Of a DNA stretch of 53,799 bases, positions 30,458-40,537 are shown piece after piece (the first letter of the stretch is position 1; the number at the start of each line of letters is the position of its first letter). The translations under genes and the position numbers were made by a program. The stretch is from positions 1-53,799 of the forward strand of contig JZWU02000008.1 in NCBI GenBank assembly GCA_000960865.2, given 5' to 3'. The DNA is from Vulcanisaeta sp. AZ3 (GTDB lineage: Archaea; Thermoproteota; Thermoprotei; Thermoproteales; Thermocladiaceae). Under the pieces are notes generated by a model, which saw nothing but the letters and a program-made list of their open reading frames with translations, was not told the DNA's origin and searched no databases.

Positions 30458-31282
30458 TTATTCGATCGTTATTTCACCAGGTACTTCGACACCGCACTTT
30501 GCAGTATCTAATTTTGTATGTATTAAGCAAATGAGTTGCCTCATTGTCAACGGCCCTAATGCGTCTAGTTTTTCAATCTCATACTGCCCCAACCCATATT
30601 CCTGAGCCACCTCCATCAGATCTTTCTCACCCACATAATCTGGTAAGGTTAGGGCACTTAGTCTCATTATGTCAAATAATGGTGTATCTACCTTAGATAT
30701 CAAGTTCACGATATCAGGCAATAAGGTTATTACCATAGTTATTGAATTTAGGGTTTGCATGTTATTTCTAAAGGCATGCACTGCATTTATGAATTCCACG
30801 GACCTAGGATCATCTTGACTTAGTAATCCCTCATCAACACCTATTATTAAGGGCTTAACACCTAGGAGATTAACTGCATCATTCAATAGCCTAAGAGTTC
30901 CTAAGGGTCTCAACTTTGCACCCTCCACAACTTCCTCTGGGCTTGCCTTGGCAAACGCCCTCATTAGCCCCTTAACACCCATTCTCTTTAGCCTTTCCTG
31001 TATATCTCTGATAAGGTCCATGTTATCTATGAGCGCCGTTGATACTATTGCCGACAAATCTCTACCGCTTACTCCAGTCACGTCTGTATACATAAATATA
31101 TCATTACTCCAGTCTCTAAGGCTTAGAAGTATTGTTGTCTTACCGGTGCCTGCTCTGCCAATTATTGATATTAATTGATAACCATCCTTAATCATACCTA
31201 ACAACTTCTCTCTAATACTCCTCCACGAGGGACCTAGAAGCTTAACACTAGATCCCCTATTGGGCACCAACGCCCTCTGCAT
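30458..31282 (-). CDS. AAA+/P-loop ATPase of unknown function
   Basis: Walker A GRAGTGKTT and Walker B IIGVDE. Confidence 0.85.
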   Translation of the reverse strand: MQRALVPNRGSSVKLLGPSWRSIREKLLGMIKDGYQLISIIGRAGTGKTTILLSLRDWSNDIFMYTDVTGVSGRDLSAIVSTALIDNMDLIRDIQERLKRMGVKGLMRAFAKASPEEVVEGAKLRPLGTLRLLNDAVNLLGVKPLIIGVDEGLLSQDDPRSVEFINAVHAFRNNMQTLNSITMVITLLPDIVNLISKVDTPLFDIMRLSALTLPDYVGEKDLMEVAQEYGLGQYEIEKLDALGPLTMRQLICLIHTKLDTAKCGVEVPGEITIE

Positions 31283-31778
31283 TACTCACCACCTTTATCA
31301 ACCCATAATACGTAGACCCCATCTTTAATCTACGCGTACCCCCATAGGCAAATACAAACCTCGCCCTATAGAACTTAATAACCCTCACCAGCAAGTCCTC
31401 AGTCTCCCTAGTAGATATGCCAAGCCTACTCTCGATATACTTAATTAGGTCACCAACATCTGCATAGCCTGTTAATGGATTTGCCAACTTCTTAATTCCC
31501 TCTATTACGACAGCCAAAGGATCCACGTCCTCTCTCGGAATTAATAAGTTATTCATTGCAGTTATTAACTCCCTATCCGTTAAAATAACACTCCTTCCAG
31601 AACCGCTTCTCAGAATCTCCGCCTTATTAATCTTAACGAGATAGTTGACAACTCCCTCAGGGTCCTTAATCCATCTGCCCAAGGTGCTCACATAAGCAGT
31701 GTAGGCAACTCTAATACCATTCATATCCTCCCTACCAAGCACAGTACCAATCAAATAAGCCACACTAACACTATCCAC
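31257..31778 (-). CDS. hypothetical protein, probable winged-helix domain(s)
   Basis: GYADVGDLIKYIESRLGISTRETEDLL followed by a beta hairpin; overlaps the ATPase start. Confidence 0.6.
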   Translation of the reverse strand: MDSVSVAYLIGTVLGREDMNGIRVAYTAYVSTLGRWIKDPEGVVNYLVKINKAEILRSGSGRSVILTDRELITAMNNLLIPREDVDPLAVVIEGIKKLANPLTGYADVGDLIKYIESRLGISTRETEDLLVRVIKFYRARFVFAYGGTRRLKMGSTYYGLIKVVSNAEGVGAQ

Positions 31779-31852
31779 AGTTTAAGCACGGTTCATTAGT
31801 AATTAGGCTTGCTTCTTATAATAAGAGGTAATTATATGTGTAATACATGTAA

Positions 31853-32482
31853 CTACTTAATGAGTCCGTTAGACCTTAGAAAGTCAAACACAAGCCTCAC
31901 AAACTCCTCAGGCTTATCCAAATACGCTGGATGGCTTGCTCCATTAATTATCTCAACTCTAAATCCAGCCCTCCTCGCTGCCTCTATATTCTCCTTACCG
32001 GAAACTCTATCGTTACTACCCCATATGCCCATTACAGGAACCTTAATCCTACTCAACTCTATTTCTGTTGCTCCCACAGGCCCCACCACTATACCCGCTG
32101 AGGCCGAGTATTGTAAAGCTAAGTACCTAAGTACAGTTTCTCCGCCCAAGCTTGCCCCAACAAGTATTGGATTAGTTATGTTTAGGGTCTTTATGACATC
32201 ATGTAGGTGGTTTGCGTAATCATTAGGTTCACTAGGCGTAAAGTGGTCGCTCTTCGATCTAGGCCCGTAAGGCATGTCTATGGCGTATATCGTGAGGCTT
32301 GTTAGTCTATCACCGCAACAATCTAACCAATCATTAGCGTTGTAATTTAAGCCATGGACCATTACTATGGGCTTACCATTGCCTTGAACTAAATATCGAA
32401 CACGCTTATTATTAATTCTAATCCAGTCTTCTCTCATACCGTGGGTATTACTAGTCGCTCTTTTTATGTATTTTAAAGTCAA
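31853..32482 (-). CDS. alpha/beta hydrolase (start may be the internal MREDW)
   Basis: HG, AIDMP, GASLGG, WGSND and H(PAY) triad pattern. Confidence 0.9.
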   Translation of the reverse strand: MTLKYIKRATSNTHGMREDWIRINNKRVRYLVQGNGKPIVMVHGLNYNANDWLDCCGDRLTSLTIYAIDMPYGPRSKSDHFTPSEPNDYANHLHDVIKTLNITNPILVGASLGGETVLRYLALQYSASAGIVVGPVGATEIELSRIKVPVMGIWGSNDRVSGKENIEAARRAGFRVEIINGASHPAYLDKPEEFVRLVFDFLRSNGLIK

Positions 32483-32545
32483 TTCTATGAATTATCCTCA
32501 TTTTTTCATTAATCAGAGGGTTTTTAAGTAGGTCTAGAGAATGTT

Positions 32546-32833
32546 TTGACTTGCATGAAGTTCTGTCCTCGATGCGGGGGTTTAATGGTGCCTGTGAAGA
32601 GGGAGGGGAAGGTTTACCTTAGGTGTCAGAGGTGTGGTTATGAGGAAGAACTTAAGAGTGGTGATGCTAAGACGTATGTAGATAAGAAGAGTATTGAGAA
32701 AAAGGGGACTGTTATTGTGGAAAGTTATGAGGAGAAGGAACCTACTGAGGAGGAGAAGGAACTTAAGGAGGATTATGTGAAGCAGCTTCTCGATAACCTA
32801 TACGAGACGGAGAGCGAGCAGGAAGAAGATTAA
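32546..32833 (+). CDS. RpoM/TFS-like N-terminal zinc-ribbon protein with acidic tail
   Basis: MKFCPRCGGLM.P...L.CQRCGYEE; no second ribbon. Confidence 0.8.
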   Translation: MTCMKFCPRCGGLMVPVKREGKVYLRCQRCGYEEELKSGDAKTYVDKKSIEKKGTVIVESYEEKEPTEEEKELKEDYVKQLLDNLYETESEQEED

Positions 32834-32864
32834 AGAAGAGTACTGTGCATTAATTTGCGCGATA

Positions 32865-33827
32865 ATGCCGTATAAAGTAATTGATTTATTCGCAGGAGCT
32901 GGAGGATTTAGTAGAGGATTTTTAGATGCAGGATTCGACATAGCACTAGGTGGTGAGGTGGATAATGATGCAGCAAGGACTTATAGTTATAACTTCCCAA
33001 GTGCTGTGGTGTTGAGAGATGATGTTAGAAATGTGAGTGGTTATGATGTGATTAAGTACATTGGTGGTAGGCCTGATGTTGTGATTGGTGGTAGCCCTTG
33101 TGAGGCTTTTACTGAGGTGAATCCGAGGAGGGCTAGGAATCCGTTGGATAGATTGTACGTGGATGAGCTTGGTAAGTTGACTCTGGAGTTCATTAGGTTG
33201 GTTGGTGAGTTGAGGCCTAGGGTTTTTGTTCTTGAGAATGTGGTTCATATAATGGATGGGCCGCTGATGGATGCACTGGTTAGTGAGTTTTCTAGGGTTG
33301 GTTATGAGAGGATATACTTTAATGTATTGCATGCTGAGGATTACGGGACGCCGAGTATTAGACGTAGGGTCTTCATTAGTAATGTACCAATTAAGCCGGA
33401 GAGAGTTGGTGGGTTATTGACTGTGTGGGACGCGATTGGTAATTTACCAAGCCCTGGTGACCCTTCAATACCAAACCATGAGTATGTGACGATTAGTGAG
33501 AGGAAGGCTCAAGGTATTATTAAGCTTGGTTGGGATGATGCTCTCTATAGATTTAGGGGTGCCTCTGGTTCGTTTAGAAACTTCGTGAGACTTAATCCTT
33601 GGAAGCCAGCACCTACAGTGATGGGTAGTGTTCGTTTTGTTCATCCATTTGAGGATAGAGTGCTAACGGTTAGAGAACAAGCCAGACTTATGGGTTTTCC
33701 GGATAATCATATATTCTTTGGTCCAAAGGATTCTCAATTTAATCAGATTGGTGAGGCTGTGCCACCGCCGCTTGCCCGTGCAATTGCAAGGTTTGTCATT
33801 AAGTACTTAGATAATGGTGTTGTTTAA
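32865..33827 (+). CDS. C5-cytosine DNA methyltransferase
   Basis: DLFAGAGG, GGSPC, ENV, RRRVF, TVREQARLMGFP, QIGEAVPP. Confidence 0.93.
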   Translation: MPYKVIDLFAGAGGFSRGFLDAGFDIALGGEVDNDAARTYSYNFPSAVVLRDDVRNVSGYDVIKYIGGRPDVVIGGSPCEAFTEVNPRRARNPLDRLYVDELGKLTLEFIRLVGELRPRVFVLENVVHIMDGPLMDALVSEFSRVGYERIYFNVLHAEDYGTPSIRRRVFISNVPIKPERVGGLLTVWDAIGNLPSPGDPSIPNHEYVTISERKAQGIIKLGWDDALYRFRGASGSFRNFVRLNPWKPAPTVMGSVRFVHPFEDRVLTVREQARLMGFPDNHIFFGPKDSQFNQIGEAVPPPLARAIARFVIKYLDNGVV

Positions 33828-33929
33828 TTCTTGTCCATTAAATAATACTTATTAGACAATAATTACATTGGTTAAATCATTAAAATAAATATGGAGGCAA
33901 AGTATTAATATGTGCATGTTTATTAATAT

Positions 33930-35147
33930 TTGATGAAGACTACTGTATCAATAATAAAGGCAGACATAGGTGGGCTGCCAGGACATGCTTGGGTGCACCC
34001 AAGGATCCTTGAATTCGCTAGTAATAGACTTAAGGAGGAACAAAAGAATGGTTTGATTATTGATTACTTCGTATATAATGTTGGCGATGATATGTCCCTA
34101 TTAATGACGCACACAAAGGGGGAGAATAATCCAGACATACATGGGTTGGCTTGGTCTATATTTAAGGAGGCCACGGAGAACATAGCTAAGAAGGTTAAGC
34201 TCTATGGTGCTGGCCAGGATTTGCTTAAGGATACGTTTAGTGGTAATATAAGGGGTATGGGTCCCCAGGTGGCTGAGGTGGAGTTTGAGGAGAGGCCCAG
34301 TGAACCCCTAATTGTCTTTGCGGCTGATAAGACTGAACCAGGTGCCTTTAATTTACCATTTTACAAGATATTCGCTGACCCATTCACCACGGCTGGCTTA
34401 GTAATAGATCCTGCGATGAATCAAGGATTTAGATTCGAAATCCTGGATGTTTATGAAGGTAAGGTTTACCTACTCGATGCTCCTGAGAATAGCTACGACA
34501 TACTCGGCTTAATAGGCACACCAGGCAGGTACATAATAAGGAGGATATACAGGAAATCAGACCTAATACAAGCCTCAGTAACTAGTGTTGAGAGGCTCAA
34601 CTTAATCGCTGGACATTATGTTGGTAAGGATGACCCAGTTGCAATAGTGAGGGCCCAGCACGGGTTACCTGCCGTTGGTGAAGTCCTAGAGGCTTTTGCA
34701 TATCCACACCTTGTTGAGGGTTGGATGAGAGGCAGTCATGTTGGTCCGTTGATGCCCGCTAAAATGGTAAGCATTGATCAGGATAGGAGGTTGGCGATGG
34801 GTCCCAAGATGACTAGGTTTGATGGTCCACCTAAGGTAATAGCTCTAGGCTTCCAATTACATGATGGGTATCTTGAGGGCCCTGTAGATTTATTTGACGA
34901 CCCTGCTTTTGACTATAGTAGGCAGTTGGCTGCTCAGATAACGGATTACATAAGGAGGATGGGTCCTGTAATGCCTCATAGGCTGCCGCCTGAGGAGATG
35001 GAGTACACAACTTTACCGCAAGTACTCTCAAAGCTTAAGCCCATACCGGTTGATGAGTATGAGAAGAATAGACTTCAATATGTACAGCTCTTAACATCAA
35101 CAGAGAGTCAAGCTGGTCAAGCAACTGCTGAGTCAAGTCATGATTAG
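33930..35147 (+). CDS. fbp: fructose-1,6-bisphosphate aldolase/phosphatase
   Basis: KADIGG.PGH, YGAGQDLL, DKTEPGAFN, YVGKDDP, GWMRGSH, RFDGPP. Confidence 0.97.
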   Translation: MMKTTVSIIKADIGGLPGHAWVHPRILEFASNRLKEEQKNGLIIDYFVYNVGDDMSLLMTHTKGENNPDIHGLAWSIFKEATENIAKKVKLYGAGQDLLKDTFSGNIRGMGPQVAEVEFEERPSEPLIVFAADKTEPGAFNLPFYKIFADPFTTAGLVIDPAMNQGFRFEILDVYEGKVYLLDAPENSYDILGLIGTPGRYIIRRIYRKSDLIQASVTSVERLNLIAGHYVGKDDPVAIVRAQHGLPAVGEVLEAFAYPHLVEGWMRGSHVGPLMPAKMVSIDQDRRLAMGPKMTRFDGPPKVIALGFQLHDGYLEGPVDLFDDPAFDYSRQLAAQITDYIRRMGPVMPHRLPPEEMEYTTLPQVLSKLKPIPVDEYEKNRLQYVQLLTSTESQAGQATAESSHD

Positions 35148-35195
35148 GTATAATTATTTAAAAACTAAATCAATAAATCATATTGTTTCGTAGCT

Positions 35196-36200
35196 CTATG
35201 TTAGGTTTATCTTAATAACTCTCAATGCATTTTCATAGGCGATCTTCTTAATGTCATCTTCGCTAAATCCTCTCTTAATTAGTTCCTCGAGGAGCTTTGG
35301 TACCTTTGTTATGTTCTCGAGGTATTCTGGTGTGTGTTCTATTCCTAGGTAATCTGTACCTATGGCTATTACGTCTGGCCCAAAGGTTTGGTGTATATGT
35401 ACTATGTGGTTTATTAGAGATTCTAGGTTGGGCTTCAGTCCTATTGTTGATGGTATCATTGTTATGCCAATAACACCACCATTCCTCTTAAGGAGCTCCA
35501 AAACGTCATCATCCACATTCCTCTTGTGTTGATGAATAAAGGCCGAGTTGGCGTGGCTGATAATGATAGGTTTCTTGGAAATAGTAAGTGCATCGATCAT
35601 TGTCCTTTTACTCGCATGTGCTAAGTCAATGATAACACCAAGTTTATTTGCAAGTCTAATTAGTTCTTCGCCGTCGCTAGTTAAGCCGTAGTCTTTCTTA
35701 GTGAAGCAGGAAGCACCATACCTATTATCAAAATTCCAGGTAATACCCAATGCTCTAACGCCTAGTCTGTGAAATATCTCAAGGTCATAAATATCTTCGA
35801 GCGCTTCCGAACCCTCAAAGGCCATGAATAACCCAACCCTACCTCCATTATTTATCACCTCCTCGGCTTTTTCCTTAGTCTCCACTATTGACAAATTATC
35901 ACTAAACCTTTTGGTTAAACTATAATACACCTTAATCATCTCTATTGCCATGGACTTAACCATGATTGGTGCATACGCCTTCTCAAGGCTTGTCCCATAA
36001 CCACTGGCTAAGTAATTCGAAACCGATGGGTTGTATGTGGGGTGTATTGGGAATATTGAGGCAAAGACCAACCTAACCCCAGCCTTTAGTAGCTTGGGTA
36101 TGTCGGATTGCCTATTGGGTGCATCAATATTGAAGTCAGGACCACCCTCAAACATTAGGTGAAAGGCTATGTCCTCGTGTAGGTCTATTATTGGCATCAC
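35196..36200 (-). CDS. membrane dipeptidase (M19 family)
   Basis: DLHED, EG, TWN, DLAH, SHAN, RNV.D, IGTD. Confidence 0.92.
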   Translation of the reverse strand: MMPIIDLHEDIAFHLMFEGGPDFNIDAPNRQSDIPKLLKAGVRLVFASIFPIHPTYNPSVSNYLASGYGTSLEKAYAPIMVKSMAIEMIKVYYSLTKRFSDNLSIVETKEKAEEVINNGGRVGLFMAFEGSEALEDIYDLEIFHRLGVRALGITWNFDNRYGASCFTKKDYGLTSDGEELIRLANKLGVIIDLAHASKRTMIDALTISKKPIIISHANSAFIHQHKRNVDDDVLELLKRNGGVIGITMIPSTIGLKPNLESLINHIVHIHQTFGPDVIAIGTDYLGIEHTPEYLENITKVPKLLEELIKRGFSEDDIKKIAYENALRVIKINLT

Positions 36201-36222
36201 GCGTATAATTACTTCTATCTCC

Positions 36223-37383
36223 TCACTTAAATTTGATGGATATCTTATACTCCTCTAAGTGGTCCTTAGCTCTCTCCCTCCTTTCTTTATGTTCCTTCAT
36301 GAAGTTACTAATTCTCTCAAAGAGCATGACTTTACACTCACCACAGAGTAACTTACCTGCCTTACAATCCTCGTAAATTCTCCTCACGCTTTCATCGTTC
36401 TCCTGAAATAGTAGGTGATACTTGTAAACAACGCATTTATCAGGATCGCCACCATACTTACGCTGCATCTCAACTGTTGGTTGACCCCCAGTTAATGCAT
36501 TCATTATCTTTCTCCTAACTGTCCTCTCATCATCAATTAAATAAATCGCGGAGTCGGGATTTGAGGCGCTCATTTTATCCTCTCCTGTGAGTCCTGGCAT
36601 GAACTTACTATATATCGTGGCAGGCTTTGGATATCCTAGATCATCAGCCGCATCCCTGGCTAGTCTGAAGTATGGGTCTTGGTCTATAGCTGTTGGTATT
36701 AACACAGGAACTTGCTCGCTATAGAGCTCTGTGGGTAGGAATGCAACGGCCATTTCTAGGGTTGGGAAGAAGGCGGCGCCTACGTTTGTGGAGTCTGTGA
36801 ATCCGAAGGTGTGTTTTACGGTGGATAGTGTTAGTTTCTTACTAATTTTAACGGCTATTTTGTATAGGTACTTAATGTCATCACTATCAACTATTATGTG
36901 GAGCTTGTCTGGTGTGAATCCGAGAGCTATTAGATCGAGTGCGTTTTCGTAAGCGTATTTATTTGTCTCCTCTAGTGTATGGCCCTCCTTGACTAGGAAC
37001 TTCTCATCATCTGTTAACTCAAAGAAGTAATCAATCCTAAACCTATCCACAAACCACTTTGTGAGTATCCAAGGCACTAAATGCCCTAAGTGTATATCCG
37101 CACTGGGTCCTCTGCCGTTATATAACGCCCACCTCGATCCTCTTCTCTGCCTATCGAGTATTACATTTAGGTCCCTATGGGCATAAAAATAGCCCCTTCT
37201 TATTAGGTAATGTAGATCCCCAGCAAGTTCTTGGAGAACCTTAAGGTTTTCCTCAGTTATTAATTGAACACCAAATTCACGGGCAAGCCTTAAGTAATCA
37301 ACACTACCTTTAACCTCCCAAGGCGTTACAACGAATTCATTCGCCAGATAATAATCACCAACAAATGATGATACCTCAGGCAT
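36223..37383 (-). CDS. trpS: tryptophanyl-tRNA synthetase; start is ATG 37383 or CTG 37347
   Basis: VTPWEV, GRGPS...HLGH, TDDEKF, AIDQDPYF, KMSAS, CGECK. Confidence 0.95.
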   Translation of the reverse strand: MPEVSSFVGDYYLANEFVVTPWEVKGSVDYLRLAREFGVQLITEENLKVLQELAGDLHYLIRRGYFYAHRDLNVILDRQRRGSRWALYNGRGPSADIHLGHLVPWILTKWFVDRFRIDYFFELTDDEKFLVKEGHTLEETNKYAYENALDLIALGFTPDKLHIIVDSDDIKYLYKIAVKISKKLTLSTVKHTFGFTDSTNVGAAFFPTLEMAVAFLPTELYSEQVPVLIPTAIDQDPYFRLARDAADDLGYPKPATIYSKFMPGLTGEDKMSASNPDSAIYLIDDERTVRRKIMNALTGGQPTVEMQRKYGGDPDKCVVYKYHLLFQENDESVRRIYEDCKAGKLLCGECKVMLFERISNFMKEHKERRERAKDHLEEYKISIKFK

Positions 37384-37846
37384 TATAAGCATTATTGCTT
37401 TCTTCACTGACATGATGCCTGATCTTAACGGCAACACCCCTATTAACGCTCATAGCTTCTCCTTTGGATAGTACTAGCCTACCGACACCAAGTAATTCTC
37501 CATTCTCTGAATAAATAGCAATCTCGTCGCCAGGCACGGCATTTTTAATGTCGATAACGGACTTAGCCATTACGCTCCTACCCTGCTTTACGAAAGGCGC
37601 TGCATCTCTACGTACGATCACGACCTTACCTATCAATGGTGCACCATCCATGGTTGGTAATGCATAACCATCACTGGCTCTTATCACGAAAATTAACTTA
37701 TCATTAAGGTATATTCTTCTCAAACCCCCTGTACTACCAACCTCTATCCTAAGCCTTCCATTCAAGCGATTGAGTATGTCTTGTCCATATATGTATGAAA
37801 GTACGCCTCTAATTATGTCGTTAGTTAATTGATCCATAAAACTCAA
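37376..37846 (-). CDS. PUA-domain RNA-binding protein (ArcTGT C2+PUA-like)
   Basis: YIYG, RASDG...T..G, FVKQGRSVMAK.V, GVAVKIR. Confidence 0.88.
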   Translation of the reverse strand: MSFMDQLTNDIIRGVLSYIYGQDILNRLNGRLRIEVGSTGGLRRIYLNDKLIFVIRASDGYALPTMDGAPLIGKVVIVRRDAAPFVKQGRSVMAKSVIDIKNAVPGDEIAIYSENGELLGVGRLVLSKGEAMSVNRGVAVKIRHHVSEESNNAYNA

Positions 37847-37891
37847 CTAATGCGTAAGCCTCATTAGATTTAAGAGCCTTACTCATGATTA

Positions 37892-38551
37892 ATGAGTTGG
37901 TATAAGGACCTCATAAATGAACTAATGCAGTGTAAAGTATGTCCAAGGCTCGTTAAATATAGAGAGGAGGTTAAGCCGCTGCCAAAGTTTAGCGATGAGG
38001 AGTACTGGCGTAGACCCGTGCCGCCTTGGGGCGATTTAACGAATGCGAAGATAATGATTGTTGGGTTAGCCCCTGCTGCGCATGGTGGCAATAGGACGGG
38101 TAGGATGTTTACGGGCGATAGTAGTGCTCAATTTCTATTTAAGGCTCTATATATGGCTGGACTTGCCAGTAAGCCCTATAGTATTTCTCGTGATGATGGC
38201 GTCACTCTTAAGTGTGTATATATCACATCAGTGGTTAAATGTGTGCCGCCTGCTAATAAGCCAACCATGAGTGAAATTAATAATTGCGTGAATAATTGGT
38301 TTAGGTTCGAGATTCAGCATGTTAGGCCTAGGTCAATAGTTGCGCTAGGTAGGGTAGCGTTTCTGGGGGTTAGGATGGTCTTGGGTGTTAAGGGTGAGTT
38401 TAGGCATGGTAGTTATGTGAATGTTAATGGTATTAGAGTTTTCATGAGTTATCATCCAAGTCCTAGAAATACGAACACTGGTAGATTGAGGGTTGAGGAC
38501 TTAGTCAGGATATTAATGTTGGCTAAGGAATATGCTGATTGTAATGATTAG
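37892..38551 (+). CDS. uracil-DNA glycosylase family 5
   Basis: CKVCPRL, GLAPAAHGGNRTGRMFTGD, VKCVPP, HPSPRN. Confidence 0.93.
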   Translation: MSWYKDLINELMQCKVCPRLVKYREEVKPLPKFSDEEYWRRPVPPWGDLTNAKIMIVGLAPAAHGGNRTGRMFTGDSSAQFLFKALYMAGLASKPYSISRDDGVTLKCVYITSVVKCVPPANKPTMSEINNCVNNWFRFEIQHVRPRSIVALGRVAFLGVRMVLGVKGEFRHGSYVNVNGIRVFMSYHPSPRNTNTGRLRVEDLVRILMLAKEYADCND

Positions 38552-38565
38552 GTATTTTTATTAAG

Positions 38566-39726
38566 CTAGCCAATAAGTTTTTGTAACCACTTATATATCA
38601 CCATCATCTGAACCTCATTTGTGCCCTCGCCAATCTCCATCAGTTTGGCATCCCTATAGATTCTATCTAATTTACTATATGAAATACCAAAAGCGCCTGT
38701 TAGTTGTATTGCCCGTCTTGATATATCTACAGCGGTCATTGCGCCAATCAACTTCGCCATTGATGCATGAGGTACGTAATCCTCAAATTTTTTATCTATC
38801 CTTGAGGCTGCCTCGTAGGTCAAGGACCTAATGGCCTCTATTCTTGCTATGATGTCAGCCAACTGGAACTGAATCCATTCCTGGTTTAGAAGGGGCCCTC
38901 CAAAGGCATTCCTATTACTTAACCAGTTAAGAGCCTCTACAAGGGCTGCCTCGGAGAGGCCTAGTGATATTGAGGCTATTGCTATCCTACCTAGGTTGAG
39001 TGCTTCCATGGCTATTTTGAAGCCGTCATTAACCTTGCCTATTACATCATCATCACTCACATGACAATCATTGAATGTTAATTCTGAGGTGCCCGTGCCT
39101 CTAATACCCATTACCACTATTGGGCTGGTCTCAATGCAATTACTCCGTCTGAGTAGGAATGCTGTAATTGCTTTATGCTTATCCTCCTTCCTACCAGTCC
39201 TTGCAAATACTATGTATAAATCAGCATATAATCCCTGTGTTATCCACATCTTCTTACCATTGATTACCCATTCTCCGCCAACCCTCTCAGCCCTAGTCTC
39301 AATAGCTGCAGCATCACTACCACAACAAGGCTCACTCAACGCATAAGAACCTATTAACTCCCCCTTAGCTAGTTTTGCCGCAAATTCCTCCCTATGCCTA
39401 TTGCTCCCGTAAGTGTAAATTGCGTGGGTCACTAGGAAGCCTTGAACTTCCGTGGCCACGGCTATAGAACCACTATACCAGGCCAGAGCCTCTAATGTTA
39501 ACGCTGTACCTAATATATCAGCATTTAGCCCACCGTACTCCTTAGGCATGATGGGAGATAGTATTCCAGAATCACCAAGCTTCTTCATGACATCCCTTGG
39601 ATAGTAATTCTCTCTATCGATCTTATCTGCCACAGGCTCCACGTACTCCTTGGCCACGTTATCGGCGTACTCTAGGAGCTTGAGGTGCTCCTGGTCTAGC
39701 ATTGGGTGTTTAACTCTAATTATCAT
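38566..39726 (-). CDS. acyl-CoA dehydrogenase
   Basis: ALSEP..GSD, NGKKMWITQG, R.AFG, IGEGTNEVQ. Confidence 0.95.
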   Translation of the reverse strand: MIIRVKHPMLDQEHLKLLEYADNVAKEYVEPVADKIDRENYYPRDVMKKLGDSGILSPIMPKEYGGLNADILGTALTLEALAWYSGSIAVATEVQGFLVTHAIYTYGSNRHREEFAAKLAKGELIGSYALSEPCCGSDAAAIETRAERVGGEWVINGKKMWITQGLYADLYIVFARTGRKEDKHKAITAFLLRRSNCIETSPIVVMGIRGTGTSELTFNDCHVSDDDVIGKVNDGFKIAMEALNLGRIAIASISLGLSEAALVEALNWLSNRNAFGGPLLNQEWIQFQLADIIARIEAIRSLTYEAASRIDKKFEDYVPHASMAKLIGAMTAVDISRRAIQLTGAFGISYSKLDRIYRDAKLMEIGEGTNEVQMMVIYKWLQKLIG

Positions 39727-40537
39727 TTATCGTCGCCCCTAAAATTCAAATTCAGGTGCTCCCTTAATTAATGACCTGAAGACGACCATCATTTGCACTT
39801 CATTAGTTCCCTCAGCGATCTCCAAAACCTTTGCATCTCTATATGCCATTTCTGAGAAACTCTCCTTGGAGTATCCAAAACCTCCTAGTATTTGTACACC
39901 CATCCTTGCTATGTCGACGGCCATCATTGCTGTGTATAGCTTGGCCATGGATGCGTAAAGTACGAAGTTGGGGTCCTTGTTATCATAATGCCAAGCTGCC
40001 TTATAGGTAAATGTCCTACCTAACTCAAGCCTTGTAGCCATGTCTGCTATTTGGAATTGAATCCACTCAAAATCTACCAATGGCCTCCCAAAGGCGGTTC
40101 TAGTCTTTGCCCAATTTGTAGCCTCATCAAGTACCCCCTGGGATAAACCAACAGCTACTGCCGATATGCCTATCCTTGCTAGGTCTAGGGTGTACATGGC
40201 TATTTTGAAGCCGTCATTAACCTTGCCTATTACATCATCATCACTCACATGACAATCATTGAACCTAAGCTCAGCCTCGCCTGCGCCTCTCATTCCCATC
40301 ATGTTTAATTTACTAATCTCAACGCAATCACTCTTCCTAACGAGGAATGCTGTAATTGCTTTATGTCTATCCTCCTTCTTACCAGTCCTCGCAAAGAGTA
40401 GGTACACATCGGCGTAAGCACCTTGGGTTATCCAGATCTTTCTGCCGTTGATTACCCATTCTCCGCCAACCCTCTCAGCCCTAGTCTCAATAGCTGCAGC
40501 ATCACTACCACAACAAGGCTCACTCAACGCATAAGAA
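39007..40537. repeat. identical tracts shared by the two acyl-CoA dehydrogenase genes
   Basis: 69 bp 39007-39075 = 40195-40263 and 90 bp 39260-39349 = 40448-40537, both at offset 1188. Confidence 0.9.

Noticed and set aside
30240-30605. 121-aa plus-strand ORF
   Set aside because: Antisense translation of tRNA-Thr and the ATPase 3' end.
30316-33827. Integrated element or restriction-modification island at tRNA-Thr
   Set aside because: No integrase, no duplicated tRNA end, no restriction endonuclease, and host-like codon usage.
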